A stretch of 59,480 nt of DNA, filler included, from Sphacelaria rigidula (Eukaryota): the NCBI GenBank assembly GCA_964200075.2. It is 8 parts of 8 records of this genome, joined end to end, with 100 filler letters (N's around TTAATTAATTAA, not from the genome) between each part and the next. Parts side by side here need not be neighbours in the genome. Positions count along the whole stretch, not along the records: positions 1 to 7,348 come from CAXNAA020015311.1; positions 7,449 to 14,796 come from CAXNAA020015312.1; 6 more parts are not named here. One strand, 5' to 3'. The notes under the pieces were generated by a model that was not told the origin of the DNA, did not search any database, and was given only the letters and a program-made list of their open reading frames with translations. Positions 1 to 12,621 of the stretch are shown piece after piece. The position numbers and the translations under genes were made by a program. Within the stretch, counting starts at the first letter, position 1. Each line of letters starts with the position of its first letter.

Positions 1-282
1 TTGTCCGACTGTCGCCATTAGAGTGGAGAGCACGAGGGTTCGATTCCCGATGCGTTGGGTTTTTTCTTCATGTATGATTTTCATCGTGGAAAGCATTAGA
101 ACGTGAGTAACCAAAGTAGTCGACTGGGTTTGTGTGACGTGAGTTGACGCGGTGCGGGAATGCTGACCCAATCCGCGAGACCAAAATGTAAGGCGAGTAC
201 CGGGGGAGAGATAGGTTGATCCCCTGAGACCGCGGACTCATTCCGATGAAGGGGAGGGGTTCAAAGTGCGAAAAAAAAAAAA
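1..282 (+). mobile_element. tRNA-derived SINE-like element (5'-truncated by contig start)
   Basis: Pol III B-box-like GGTTCGATTCCC at 37-48; A-tail at 270-282; its 3' ~70 nt recur in reverse orientation at ~8150-8220. Confidence 0.55.
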
Positions 283-3026
283 GTATGTTGCACTGTACAG
301 CCAGTTACAAACCCCGCACCCTGCCATACTGAGTGCTGTACTGTCTGTTCGTGTGTTTTGTGTGTTTTTTTGTCCTCGCTTTCTCTCCTTCGATGAGTTC
401 TTCGTCTCAAGGGGTCAACTCACCTCTCCCCCGATCACGCTTCACCCTTCCGTATCGCGGATTGGATCACGCACTTGGGTCGACTGTCGTTTAACACACT
501 CAGCCTAAAATACCGTTTTGCTACTCATCTCCTGACGCTTCAACCGGCTGGAATCAACCTCGCGTCTTCGTGTGCACAAACAAAAAGAGGCGGCCTCATG
601 AAGCGAGCGGCCCAAATAACGCTTCGCCCCCTCTATTGCCTATTCGGCCTTACTTAGCGTGGCCGTTAGTAAGGTCATGTCGCCCTCAACCTGTCACCGC
701 CGGAGCGCATAAACTCCCTACATTGTCCCAATTTTAATTGTCAATTTGACCATGACTTTGAGACCCCGATCACTCGTCCTAGCTGCATCGGGTGAGCTCT
801 TGCACGATCATTCGTGCAGCACATGTACTGTACATCAGCGATTGCGTACAAACTCAAAACTCAGTATTGGTGCATTAGCATACGTAAACTCAACATTGAC
901 TCCTCTCCGATCAGAGGGTAGGTCTTCCTCTTGACCCATGGGGGCTTCCAGTAGAGCTCCAGCTCCCGTCCCCAAATTTCTGGTTGAAAAATGCGTCGTT
1001 TTGCCTATATAATAATCTGCATCATCGCATTGGCTGGTTGGCGCTCACAATCCCAAGGACTCGCTAGTGTTGCGCCAAAAGAAGAACAAGTAAAATGTGT
1101 GCGGATTTTTGCGTGCAAGAGTCATCGTATAAAATATCATCCTACAGTAGAGCATCCCTAAAGTGGGTACTTCCTCAGTTTCATAAGTGTGTGAAGTTAC
1201 ATTTGTACGAGCCCTTCACGATGTCCAATTTGATTTTCGTTATTTTTAATGCCTCCGTTGGCGTTTTTGAGCCAAGAGCATCAGAATTTGTACCACGTGG
1301 GTGCTTGACCCGCGCAGCCTCGCGACCGAGAAGAAGTAGGCCGGTCAAAATATGGCCATTTTTCGCTTTTTTTCCCAGTCAAGCATAGGCGACCCGGGAA
1401 CACGAAAAATCGCGGGAAAAACGTGAAAATCTCAAAACCACCATTGATCTCGAATATCTCCGTGACGTCAACCTACGCACGCCCCATGTAACAAACTTTC
1501 AGCATACAACCGCTAGTGCTCGACGTAAAAACTCTCAAAATCGGTAAACATGGGGGTATACCTGGACCAATACGGGCCAAATTGTGGAATATTTCGACTT
1601 GCATTTAGTGTTCAAGACCACCTCCGGGTTTTTTTCCAAGTGAGCTTGGTATACGCGTTGTGATTCTAACGCACCCGGGTAAGGGATAAACGCCAACGTG
1701 GGAGCGCTCTAACGATAGAGCGCCCATAACTGCACAAACTTGTGAAACAGAGAAAGTATAATCCACACGAGCGGGAAGCCCCTTGAAAAGGGCCTACGCC
1801 CTAACATGCGGCATATCTGAAAAGTCATGTTTAAGGCTGGATCGTCACCGCAACTTTCAGGCTAAGAACGTGATCATGTCCCGTGTTCGGTGGTGTACAT
1901 TGTGTTGCTCGGTACGGTGCCTTGCTGACCCCGTGGTACGCCGATAGTTGACGGCCGCGGTTCGCGTTCCCGCCCGTCACCACGCCTAGGGTGTAGTATA
2001 TCGAGTGTGCCATTCGCCTGAAAAGGAAGCATCTCAATTGCTTTCAGCACAAATGAGAACGGCATGATCGTTTGCATGCATGCCTGTCGGTGCAGCTGGT
2101 GGCTTATAAATCTGAAAACTCCGTCTCGACCATTATAAAGTGCAGTATAATTGCTGATGCAAAGTACTGTGTACTGTTTGTCTGTACTGTATTTAACAGT
2201 ACTGTACGGCAATATTGCGTAACCGCACTTGATATGCGGCGTAACCAGGGAGTAACCGCATCTCATGTTATTTCGGATACTTTCCTAGGGTAAACTCCCA
2301 AGTTTTAGACCAATTTTCATTGTGGATTTCCCGCCTACGACTTCGCGTTCCCTCATGAAACTTTGCGCACGAGTCGGACACAACACAGGCAATATATGCG
2401 CCACGCGCCCGCACGATTGGGCCCCGCACAAACTACTAACATGACCACAAGCAATTTCGCGGAATGCCGTCGATGCGCCCTCAAAGCGGGTATTCCGCAG
2501 TCCAGACTTCGTGCACTAGAGGTGATGGTATATATGCACGTGCAGGTCCACTAACTTCGACATCTTGAGCGGCTAGGCGGTCGATGTGGTAGCAAACGGA
2601 CACTGATCTGCACTGCGACCCTTTCTGGATGATAATCATCGGTAGTGTACCGATCGGCGTATAGTCCATAGAGGTGCGCACTTCATGACGCACGGCCCTA
2701 CGCGCGCTGTAGCCGCTGCAAGGCGCTGAAACTTCGACCATATGTTGTGCGAACCACAGCCAACAGTTCCTCGTCGGTATATCTGGTGCTGTGCGCTGCA
2801 GCAAGGCGGACTAGAGGGGAAAGTGGTCAGATTCTGTTCTGAAAAAATGTGTGTGTGTTTTTGGCACAACCCTGTCGCTGAAGATGCTCGAGCGAGTTCT
2901 TGACCCTTAAACAGCGAGAGAAGACCACGAGGAGGGTACTCGTAGTCCATCAGGATCGTGCAGACTTTGGCAAGTGAAATTGATGCCAATTCAACAGATG
3001 ACCTACTCTCGCCGTCTGAGGGTTAA

Positions 3027-3400
3027 CCCTTTGACCACGAAGGTAGGCGATTTATCAACCCTTACCTAGAGGGCGAAAGCACGTCATCTGTTGAAAAGTC
3101 ATGCTGCAATAGAGGGGGGCGTGTACGATTCCACGAAGAAATGGGCTCGTAGATGCTCCAAACGACCTACACATGGTAGCGGGGCGCTTGAATTTGGGTA
3201 AAAGCGGAGTCAAGCAGTATCGGAAGCAAGCGCGTTCGAACAACCGTTGCTGCTATCAACGACGATTGTAAGTAGAATTTCGTGGAACAAAACGGCCCAA
3301 AATACCCCCCCCCCCCTTATCGTAGCATGACTCTTTGTCGGCATCAACTTCACGTGAAAAGATTATGCATGGCCCATGGACTACCCTCGCGTTCTAAGGG
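3027..3400. mobile_element. piggyBac-type MITE
   Basis: TTAA at 3023-3026 and 3401-3404; termini CCCTTTGACCACGAAGGTAG and revcomp CCCTTAGAACGCGAGGGTAG (16/20 identical); CCC/GGG ends. Confidence 0.75.
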
Positions 3401-4034
3401 TTAAATCGGCATAATTGATGCTGTATTTTAGGTGTTGATGCCGATTACAGGTCGCCTACACTCGCGGTCAGAAGGTGAACCCTTTGGGACCAGACTCCCA
3501 GATACATGTGGGGGGGTGCACAGATAACACAAAAAGGATACAAGAACCCATCAGGAACAAGAGATGAACAAATCAGAGATGGGGACCAAACACAATGCTC
3601 TAGCACTACCCTGACACGGTAGATTGAGGGCATGGTCTACAGTACAAGGGCCCCTCCGCCGACGAGAGTAGCACCCGAGCACCTGAGCCCGTTTGCTTGT
3701 TCAAGGAACATGGGTATCGGCTCGGCTCCGCATTCAGCTGAGGGAAGATTTTCCGGCTAATGTTTGTATATACGGGGAAAGACGCCGATGTTGCTTTGAC
3801 CAACGAAATGTCGAGTTTCCCCACTGCATTTCGATGATGACTGTCATTCATATAGGCTTTCAGTCGGTGTTGACTTTACCTTCAGGTCGCGTAGTCGTGC
3901 GACCACATGATACCAGTGCGCGCTAACGAACCGCAACACGGCGGTCGGAATAGCGCACCATTCTGCACTGTACCAGCGCGTGTGAGATGCCCCCACCCCC
4001 ACCCCCCTCCCCACTACCTGGTCCGGCGGAAGCT

Positions 4035-4165
4035 CAGTGCTCTCTGTCCCGGCTTTGTTGCGACGCGAGGTTAGTGGCCTCATGACTACGACACGCAATG
4101 TCATGAGTCCCCCCCCCCCCCTCCTGTTATCACTATGGCATGCATGATCATGAGCACACCCCTCC
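4035..4165 (-). repeat. Copies of the high-copy G-run-headed dispersed repeat
   Basis: Reverse complement matches the (G)nTACTCATGATCATGCATGCCATAGTCAT...CAAAGCCGGGAC head seen at 7274, 37070 and 45616. Confidence 0.65.
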
Positions 4166-5494
4166 TGTTATCTGAGCGTTCACGATCTGCTTGATTTGGG
4201 GTCATGGTTGAGGATATGGTTGGGTTGACTTGAATTGGCCTGTAGAAGAGTTCTCAAGATGGTGAAGAGGTATTTCTCAATGTAACCGCCCAGATCTCCC
4301 GTGGGATATGTGACGCAGGAGGGAGGTCACGATCATGGCGACAAGTACGGGCCACGTCCAGCTCGTCAGGCAATCAGCTTCCGGGGCCGAGGAGCGGGGC
4401 GGCTTCCGTCGTCGTGGGGAACAAGGTGGGCTACTCACTGCCCGATCTTCGCGATTGTTTTCCGATGCGCGTTGTTTGGAAGCAGGAATAGCCAGTCAAG
4501 CTAGGTCGGCGATCACTGTCTGTTGTTGTGGTGTTCAGCTCAACACACGTAGTGAGATGCGTACGGTCTTCGACGATTGCTGGAAGAATGAATGGTGCCC
4601 CGCTGCCTTACAGATAATCGAGATGGAGTAGGGGTTTCTGCACTGTTGAATATTACTCACAGGAGAACAAGTCATTTCCGCAGACGCTTACTGAAGTGAA
4701 CACCAGCAGCCGTTCCACGAAGGTACCGAGGTGATCCGGATCCCCCCCCCCCCCGCTAGACAAGTGAGAACCTTCACCGTGTACTTCACTAGTCCTAGTT
4801 TCCTACAGCGCTTTCGAGTGCGTCCCACCTCGCCGCCACTTCAAATGGCCCTCATACCAATGCGTCATCAAGACAGTCCCGTGTACGGTTAAGCAAGACG
4901 GTCCCGTGTACGGGTAGGCACAAAGGTCCGGGTGCCCCCCCCATCCGGATAGTCTCGGACTTGAATGATGAAAATCCTCACCGAGTATACCACCTTGCAG
5001 TGTCCCCCAGCTCGACTCTGTACACGAGTCACCCTGCCCGCCCGGGCGTTGGCCCCCACGGCAAATTTATTCAACGTGGTCTACCATTCACAGGAAAAAG
5101 TATTTCATCTGTATGTACACCACGACGTGCACCCGTGTGTGATTGACAACCTCCCTTTATGATACCCTGTTGTTACAGGGTGCGGGGCACTGCCCTGTTG
5201 CGATCGTCTGTGTACCACGCATCTCGATGTCGTCTGTCTGTCGTGGTGCTTAATTACTGTGATGTGGTCCGTGTCCTTTCCACGCTGCGTATCATCAAGT
5301 TATTTTCTGTTTTACTGCAAGAGCACCCTCGTGCGTACATAAAGTCGACTGAAAACGTATGTACGTGTGCTGTACAGGTAGCAGTGTGAATTTGATCCAA
5401 CAGGCAACTCGAACGCCACCCGGCGCCGCCGCGAAGCCCACCCCTGCAATCTCCGTTTTTCGTCTTCGGTATTGCTATCATTTCGCACTTGCAG

Positions 5495-5558
5495 ATGTTC
5501 ATGTTCGGAGGATACGGCGGCAGCGGGCGATTGGATGACTTCTGGGAGTTCGACTTTG
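5495..5558 (+). CDS. Kelch-repeat protein, internal exon (MFMFGGYGGSGRLDDFWEFDF)
   Basis: cttgcag acceptor and G|gtaggt donor; Kelch hydrophobic-GG-Y...LDD.W motif; phase-1 end matches the next exon. Confidence 0.85.
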
Positions 5559-5924
5559 GTAGGTGTCCCGAGCTCTAGAAAGATTGGGAAATGAGGCGGA
5601 GGGGATGGGGGGGGGGGGCAGGAGTGACATGGTAAATATTCTGGACGGCTTTTGTGCAAAACGCGTCTGGCAGAAGTGGCGGCAATCCTCAGCGTTGATT
5701 GCTTTGCAGCGTGTAGACGCCGTTCGTATTTTCTCGACATGTATGTGACTGTAATTGAAGAGCTGTTCGACACGCGAGCTTCACACATGCTACACTGTCG
5801 GTCGGCGTGTATTTGTTTTGGCACTGTTCATGTCATGCCCTAGGGTATTGCGCCCCACGCAGCTGCTTCAGGCTGCATGCTCGTCGAGCCCTCTTCCCCC
5901 CCCCCCCCCCCCCCCCCACCCCCT

Positions 5925-5990
5925 GCGTCTCGAAAGAGATGCTTGGTCGATGATCAAATAACTCAGGCAAGTGACAAATGAGTACCCCCC
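5925..5990 (-). repeat. G-run-headed dispersed repeat (second subtype) inside the Kelch intron
   Basis: Reverse complement resembles GGGGGGTACTCATTTGTTGCTTGCCTTAGTCGTTTGACCATTGACCACGCATCCCTTTCGAGAC at 45723 and 46460. Confidence 0.65.
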
Positions 5991-6256
5991 GCTGCCACTG
6001 TGGATCGTCAAGAAGTGCTAAGAGCGAAGAAATAAAAGCTTTGTTCCGAATGCCTGTGGAGGTTCGTTGAAACCCGCTATCGAGGGTTTAAAACGAGGTC
6101 ATGCTCGCTCATCGAGCGAAATTCCCAGAAGAAAAATGTTTGGAGAGTAGATGGCACCTACTTGCATCATTCTTTTCCGATGGTTCTAGTCTCGCCTGAC
6201 TGCGGTATTTTCCCCGGTGTGCACCTGTTCCGCATCGCGCTTTGGTGCGATGGCAG

Positions 6257-6406
6257 CAACGCGATCGTGGAAGGAGGTGCGGTGCCACGGTCCGTCGCCT
6301 GGGGTTAGGGAAAACAACGGGGTGGTTGAATACAAGGGGTCGTTGTATCTTTTCGGCGGTTACAACGGGTCGCAGTGGCTGAACGACTTCCATGGATTTC
6401 ATATTG
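6257..6406 (+). CDS. Kelch-repeat protein, internal exon (TRSWKEVRCHGPSPGVRENNGVVEYKGSLYLFGGYNGSQWLNDFHGFHI); LZTR1-like repeat type
   Basis: ggcag acceptor and G|gtgagc donor; 150-nt phase 1-1 exon the length of one Kelch repeat, with W, FGGY and LND motifs. Confidence 0.88.
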
Positions 6407-7273
6407 GTGAGCGAAATAGAGACATTTGCACAGCCAGTGAGGCAGGGGATGGGGAAGAAGCAGACAGATTCGGAGTTGCGGTTTGTCAAATCGACCTGGG
6501 TTGGAGACGAAGAATGTGCAGTTTTCAAGTCTGATTTGTGATGCAAACTTGATGAGTTCCGCTTGGCGGTGCGTGTGTGCCCGTGAAAATCCCCCCGCCC
6601 TGCCAGTGTGTTGAGTGCTTTTCATCACAAGAGAGGTTTCGTTAAGAGGGAGCTCGCCATGTGTTTTTGAGGTTCCGTTTGGTGGTGCGTGTGCAGGATT
6701 GGAGCCGCTTGGAGGTAGATGTAAACGTGAGTTGAGTTCACGCGAGGGGGAATCAGCTGTGATCCCCCTCCCCCCCCAATGTTCAGTCGTGATTCATTTT
6801 GAAAATACCGACACAAATATTATTAGGGTAGGCTCGGGATTGATTTGGTCGACGGTCTCAAATTTTATGCCACTTTGAGGAAGAAGGCGACTGCCGCAGC
6901 ACCAATCCAATAAGGAACACGCCTCACCGCCCACCAATATGTCGTGGCTCTGCTGTTTACGGTTCCACAGCGTCTCCACAGTACAGTGCGGTGCAATACA
7001 GCACAGTACGGCTCTTCAGTACCTGCTGCTGTACGTGAGACAAGTACCACGGACAGCGCCGAATACATCCCCTCAGAAATGCCGCGATAGCCCTCCCCCC
7101 CGAAACCAGCTCCAAACCTGTGACGAAGAAAATGATAACACAGCGCATGATAGCTGGTTTCAAGGAGACGAAGCCCCCGATATTGGCGGCATAGGTGATA
7201 CCGATTCCAAGCACGCGAGTTCCCAGCTGCTTGGTGTGCTCGGCTTTTGCCTCCTCAAACCAGCCGTTTTTCT

Positions 7274-7348
7274 GGGGGGGGGGGGGTACTGATGATCATG
7301 CATGCCATAGTCATAAGACCACTGGCCTCGCATCCCTACAAAGCCGGG
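7274..7348 (+). repeat. G-run-headed dispersed repeat at contig end
   Basis: Near identical to 37070-37139 and 45616-45690. Confidence 0.75.
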
Positions 7349-7448
7349 NNNNNNNNNNNNNNNNNNNNNNNNNNNNNNNNNNNNNNNNNNNNTTAATTAA
7401 TTAANNNNNNNNNNNNNNNNNNNNNNNNNNNNNNNNNNNNNNNNNNNN
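7349..7448. other. Artificial contig spacer (44 N + TTAATTAATTAA + 44 N); also at 14797-14896, 22245-22344, 29693-29792, 37140-37239, 44587-44686, 52034-52133
   Basis: Seven identical 100-bp spacers with stops in all six frames; the intervening segments are 7348 bp (x4) then 7347 bp (x4). Confidence 0.97.
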
Positions 7449-7515
7449 CGAAAGGGATGCGTGGTCAATGGTCAAACGACTAAGGCAAGCAACAAACGAG
7501 TACGCCCCCCCCCCG
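7449..7515 (-). repeat. G-run-headed dispersed repeat at contig start
   Basis: Reverse complement of the subtype seen at 45723-45790. Confidence 0.7.
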
Positions 7516-8129
7516 TTTTCGATCGTGTGCTGTGCTCCTCACCGGCGGTATGTGTATCCCGTGTGGCTGCACACGCGGAGGCGTGGAAGGAACGCTGCCC
7601 GCCCCGCCCGTACTATTCGAGGCAGCGCCGGGCCTTGGACCACTGGAGCGTGGTGTATACGGTAGTTGGGGTGTGCCTGAAGCAACATTTAAGCAGTGGA
7701 ATTCGACAAAACATCGTTGATGTGTCCCACATAGCCATTGATATCGCAGACCACGCACGCATCTCATCCTGCGACAGTCAACAACGAGGTCATGCTGATC
7801 TTCGGTTCACTTATTCAAATCAACGCATATACCCCAACTCTAACCAAGAGCAGCTTACGCAATCGAGGCGCCGCAGAGCTGGTGGTGAATTGAGTGAACG
7901 GGGTTCCCGCTCGGCTTGTGTTTGGGTACGGGTTCGGCTGCGGTCGCGGCGTTCCAGCTCGCTCCCGCCTCTGTAGGGGGGTCCCTACTCCCGGCCGTTG
8001 CTGTGTAGGCTTCGACATTTGTCGTGATCCTTCGCCGCCAGCCGCTGGAACCGGTCTCTTGGGGAATTGCTGTCGAATAGAGGTGGGGGGGGGGGGGGCT
8101 GAAGGTGCTGCAGTGGTGAGATATTTATT

Positions 8130-8225
8130 ACTTCATTTATTTATTTTTATTTGTCGCACTTTGAACCCCTCCCCTTCCTCGGGACGAGGCCGTAGTCTCA
8201 AGAGATCAACCCATCTCCCCATCTG
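8130..8225 (-). mobile_element. 3' end of SINE/LINE with A-rich tail
   Basis: Reverse complement aligns with 205-282 (GGTTGATC...GAAGGGGAGGGGTTCAAAGTGCGA plus A-rich tail). Confidence 0.6.
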
Positions 8226-8722
8226 AATGTTGTGATAAAGAAGGATATATTGGCAGTTGCACATACTTTACCGAGAGTACGTGTGAACATAGAAAAATAC
8301 ACAAACAACAGCAGGGTGCGGTGGGTACGCGGAATATAGGTACGCGGCATGACTGAGAGACGGATCGCGTTTGCATACAGCAGTGCGCGGGGCGCATTGT
8401 GCTGGCGATGAGGTTTCAAGCGGAGCAGACGACGAGGAATACTTGATTTTTTTTTTCAATAAAAGAAACGGAGCAGTCATGGGCTGATCTCCCGAGACTA
8501 CGAAGACATCCTGAGGCATGGCGAGGTGAAAGTATGATGACAACCTCCCCACCCAAAAGGCACATTTTAGCGATGAGCTTAATGAAGAACCATGCAGTGA
8601 ACGTTCGATCATAAATGTATCAGGACCACAAGACAAGCATGCCTTTCACAGTCAACGAATGCCAGATTTTTTATATCAACTTGTACTCAACACAACCGAT
8701 TTCTATTTTCCACGCCACTCAC

Positions 8723-8998
8723 CGGTAGAGAAGCCGAGGAAGGTCGCTTTAGCGCTCCTCGAGACCTCCCCAGCGAGGGTGACACCGACATCGGGGGTGT
8801 GCTGACCGTGCGACAAAACGCCGCCGGGGCCGGGGTCGGGGCCGCTGTGGAGGATGCCATCCGCAACATTTCGGGACCAGCAGCACCCCGTGGAGGCGCT
8901 GGCATCGCCGAAAGCCCTGACCCTCCTGAAAATGTCCTACTGCTTCCGTGGGCAGGCGTCTGCGGTCTCCGCATGTTATTTCCTCCCACCGCCCGTGT
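8723..8998 (-). CDS. RNF212: RNF212/Zip3-type ligase, probable exon 5 (S/P-rich; downstream terminal exon unresolved)
   Basis: Pyrimidine tract plus aag acceptor, phase 0, in frame with ORF 8687-9040; strong CCG|gtgagt donor. Confidence 0.55.
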
Positions 8999-9321
8999 CT
9001 TCGACGGTGTGCAAAAACGCGGAAGGTGACAGCAGTACACGAAATGGATGAAGATGTTTTGCAGTAATCATGACGAACTAGAGGGCCGCTGCACAAGTTA
9101 GTGCCACCAGGTGGGTAAGGGATTCGTGCTCACCGATCTAGAAGCGGTAGAGCGGAATTAAACAAGTCTCGAGGGGAAAACGGCAGCGTAGTCCGATAAG
9201 CGCATCCAAAGCGCTTCCTGGCACACAACACACATGACTCGCTGAAAATACTCGATTCACGGCGGTGGAATATATGTAAATCGCAAACAAGCCAGCATAT
9301 CCCACAGCTTGTATTCATCAC

Positions 9322-9364
9322 CTCGGATCTCAGTTGCTGTTGCTGCTGCTGCTGCTGCTGCTGC

Positions 9365-9410
<46 letters not shown>

Positions 9411-10623
9411 GCTGCTGCTGCCCAAGAGACAGCGATGACATAGCGTGGCCATACGCAGCAGCCCCAGTACATCCCACTGTTGCACTCGACATACCCGAGC
9501 TTGATCTTCCGCTCTCACCACCGCTGCCGCCGCTGCCGCCGCCGCTCTGCCATCTTGGACGCCCCGGCGTCTTAGATCGTTGCAGCGGTGCTCCTTGTCC
9601 CGCGAACCTCTGTGGTCGATTATGTGCTCCACCGGATCCTCGCTCTTCGCTCGGTCGCGCCGTAGGCGGTCCATTGACTGAAGACAACGATAGCGATGGC
9701 GGTAGCGGTAGCGGCGGTGCTCGATGGGGCTTAGCATTCGTGGTACCCGTTCCGTCGCCGGCGAACCCGGGCGGCCGATTGAATTGAGTTGCAGCGGCAA
9801 GAGCTGACCGCCCGTCGGTAAGTGCTACAGAGCCCGTCGCTGACAGCATCGCTTCTTCTTCTTCCGTCCTCGCTGCCGTCATCGGTGCCGCTGCCGCGGA
9901 CGCCTCTCCAGCCGCTGACGGCGGAGAGCATTTCCGGCCTCCCCCAAATCCTACCTGGTTCTGCGAGGGATGCACGAGACCGTTGTTGGTGCTGATGCCG
10001 GCGCTGCCGCTACTCTTATCAGGAAGTCTAGAAACTGTGGTGCTCAACCGCGTACCGTTGCCTCGGACGATGGTGGTGGCGGTGGAAGCTAAAGAAAGAT
10101 TGTGCTGCTGTTGCTTCTGCTGCTGCGGGCGGTGCTGCTGCTGCGGGCAGTGTCGTTGCTGCGAGTGGTGCTGCTGCTGCGGGCGGTGTCGCTGCTGCGC
10201 GTGGTGCTCCTGCTGTGACGGCGTGCGGGCGTTGCTCTTCGACGGTCTGCCCTGGTTGTGAAGACCAGAGTCCTCTTTCCCGTTACTCGCCGATCCCTCC
10301 GATAAGCGCTTAGAATTCGAGCCACCGAACCCGTCTCCCACCTCACTGATATTACCCCCACGATTGCCGCCATCACCAAAGAACCTTTGCCTGAACTTTC
10401 CCATTGGTGAGGCCTCAGTATCTTCCCCACCCCTTGTAGGCTCTCCCTGGAGCTCACTGCTTCTTGCGCCACCGGTTCCAACACGAAGTCTTGTCCCCGT
10501 CCAAGCTGCCGCCGCCGTTTGTGCTTCCTGCTGACGAATCACCGACAACTCCTGCTCTACCTGCTCCCGACGCCTGACCTCTTCGGCGTACTGCAGACGG
10601 AGTTCGTGCAGCGTCTTGCAGGC
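9322..10623 (-). CDS. RNF212: RNF212/Zip3-type ligase, exon 4: coiled coil followed by a long low-complexity tail with polyQ
   Basis: ctttgtag acceptor in frame with the 472-aa ORF; ACKTLHELRLQYAEEVRRREQVEQEL is coiled-coil-like; probable GAG|gtgatg donor. Confidence 0.72.
9334..9420 (-). repeat. Coding trinucleotide repeat (CAG)3(CAA)15(CAG)8CAACAGCAA = 29 Gln
   Basis: Read directly from the sequence. Confidence 0.95.
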
Positions 10624-11192
10624 CTACAAAGACAAGAACGAAAATTAGGCCACAGAAGCTCAAGCACGCCCAAAAATCGTGTGTCGGGATGATGAGGATC
10701 GAGGAAATATACTATGAGGGCCGCGCGGGATCCCATAGAAAAACATGGACGGATGGGCTTTCTACGGTTAACAAGCAAGCGGTGATGAGGACAGGGTTGT
10801 GTGCTTATAAGACGCGATTGCTTTTCGTATTTTTGTAACCTTTTCCCCAAACTAAATTCCCCTTATGTCATCGCCTTCCCCTTACGATCGCAAGGTTCAC
10901 GTAAACGACGGAATCACGGGAGCCGGCGAAGATTGCGGCACGTGCTGAAACAGGATGAAATGGGTGTTGTAACGGGAGGTCGATTTTCGGTGAAGCACTA
11001 CCTTCGTTTGCCTGACTCAAAAATATCCGAGTAGTGGGCATCATGAACCAACTCCGTGTTGCACCGCACTAAATGTGTGTTTTCGCGTCCGTTTCATATA
11101 GCCTTTTTGCTCACTCGAAGGCTGTGCCATTTCTAGAAAGAAGACGCCTCGACCGAAAAATACGATACCCTTGTCTTCACAATCAAACGCAC

Positions 11193-11270
11193 CTGTCGCG
11201 CAGCAGAACGGAAGTGGTCTATCTGGAACATGAACACGTCGCTGGTTGCCCGCAACTGCGCCAGTGGATT
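11193..11270 (-). CDS. RNF212: RNF212/Zip3-type ligase, exon 3 (NPLAQLRATSDVFMFQIDHFRSAARQ)
   Basis: ttgcag acceptor and CAG|gtgcgt donor, phase 0-0; contains the FQ motif that starts the RNF212 coiled coil. Confidence 0.78.
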
Positions 11271-11644
11271 CTGCAACGGCCCCGCGTGTGCAGGGAAGAG
11301 TCGGTGAGCCAAGACAATATCTCGTTACGGACTGGCAGAGGCTGGCTTTCGAGTGCAGCATGGTATCTTGCCGGGTATGGATGGCAATCAGAACAGTCAA
11401 GCGGGATCAAACCTGGGCACGACAAAAGCGTCAGTACGGGGTAAGGCACACACTGGGAAACTCGTGACTGCGGTGTGGCGCTACAGGTGAAGCGACTTAA
11501 GTTGGACCCAATGTGCTGCGGTATTCACGGTAAGTCTTGGCGCACTATTCAGTATTTTGATCAATTCGGGCTATAATGGTTCCGGGACGCTACTGGCGCT
11601 CCTGGCGGACACCACAAGGTGTATGTATCCTTGCAATTCCTTGC

Positions 11645-11748
11645 CTGCAAGTAGTCTTGCACTTCCGCCGGAGGGTCCCCGAGTGGTGCAGCCCGTCCCC
11701 TGTTGCCGCAGTGGGGGCAGACAGGTGGCTGACCACCTCGCCAGCATC
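11645..11748 (-). CDS. RNF212: RNF212/Zip3-type ligase, exon 2 (GCWRGGQPPVCPHCGNRGRAAPLGDPPAEVQDYLQ)
   Basis: catcag acceptor in phase 1 completes the RING (C, CPHC); ends at CAG|gcaagg (GC donor); PAEVQDYL resembles the RNF212 post-RING motif. Confidence 0.8.
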
Positions 11749-12621
11749 CTGATGTGTGATGTGAACAGTTAATTACTGAAAATGGTAGTTGGCACCGCTA
11801 TGGGGAGCGAACCAGGTATCGATGGATGGGGTTCTCACAGTGTTTTTCAATCGGTTTAACTTCAGGAGCTTGCATAGTCGACGGGTACAACATTGAGACC
11901 GGGTGCGCTCGAAGGAATTCGGATGTTGGGTGCACATTTCATGTGTCGTGCTTCGTAGTTATTTGCTGGGCTTTTGTGCTGGGCCGGTAGGGAGATAGAT
12001 GCCCATCAGGTATCAGCAGAAGATATCAAAACATCAATCATATCCGGGCATTTTTTTGTGCTTATCATATAGGGATCTGAGAGTATATGTGGTATATCAG
12101 TGATACTATATATCAACAGATCACAATGTCAAATGTTGTACCAGGCCGATTTCGGAGCCTGATGGGCATCCCTGTCGGCTGGCCGTCTTACATGCACACT
12201 ACACGGAATCGGCGCATTTTTCGTGCGAAGGGTCATGACGGAAGGGCGGCATCATCTGTCTCGCTGTAGGCTGCGCTGATGATGCGTATCGCCTGGTTTG
12301 GGTGCCCTCTGTTCTCTGTGCTCGACACCCTCTTCTTAAGAGGGTCTTAGGATGGACCATGAACACAACGCGAGCGTCACGATATCTCCGCATATTTTGC
12401 GAAACCCCAGTAAGCGCTACTTTAGGATACCGTATGTATGGCGCCACCATATTGGGACCGCGCAGTGTCGTGCACTGTTGTTGTGATTTTACTATCGTAG
12501 ATTTTCTTTCAAACCTCAAAGTTTGAAAGTTGAAAGTTTGGCGCGATGCTGGAGATCAGTAAACATCTTTCGACGATGTTGCAACAAAAAATATGTAGTA
12601 ACTAAACGATAGAAGTCTCAC

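Noticed and set aside
1-60. tRNA gene
   Set aside because: Only a B-box/T-arm-like motif is present with no full cloverleaf, and it runs into a dispersed A-tailed repeat, so a SINE is more likely.
294-496. Short solo LTR (similar case at 3433-3641)
   Set aside because: TG...CA ends can be drawn, but there is no convincing 4-6 bp target duplication and no second copy.
938-1727. DNA transposon with ATGGG...CCCAT termini
   Set aside because: The inverted match is too degenerate and no TSD was found.
9257-10484. Alternative-frame and antisense ORFs (polyT, polyN, Cys-rich)
   Set aside because: These are shadows of the CAG/CAA repeats in the RNF212-like exon.
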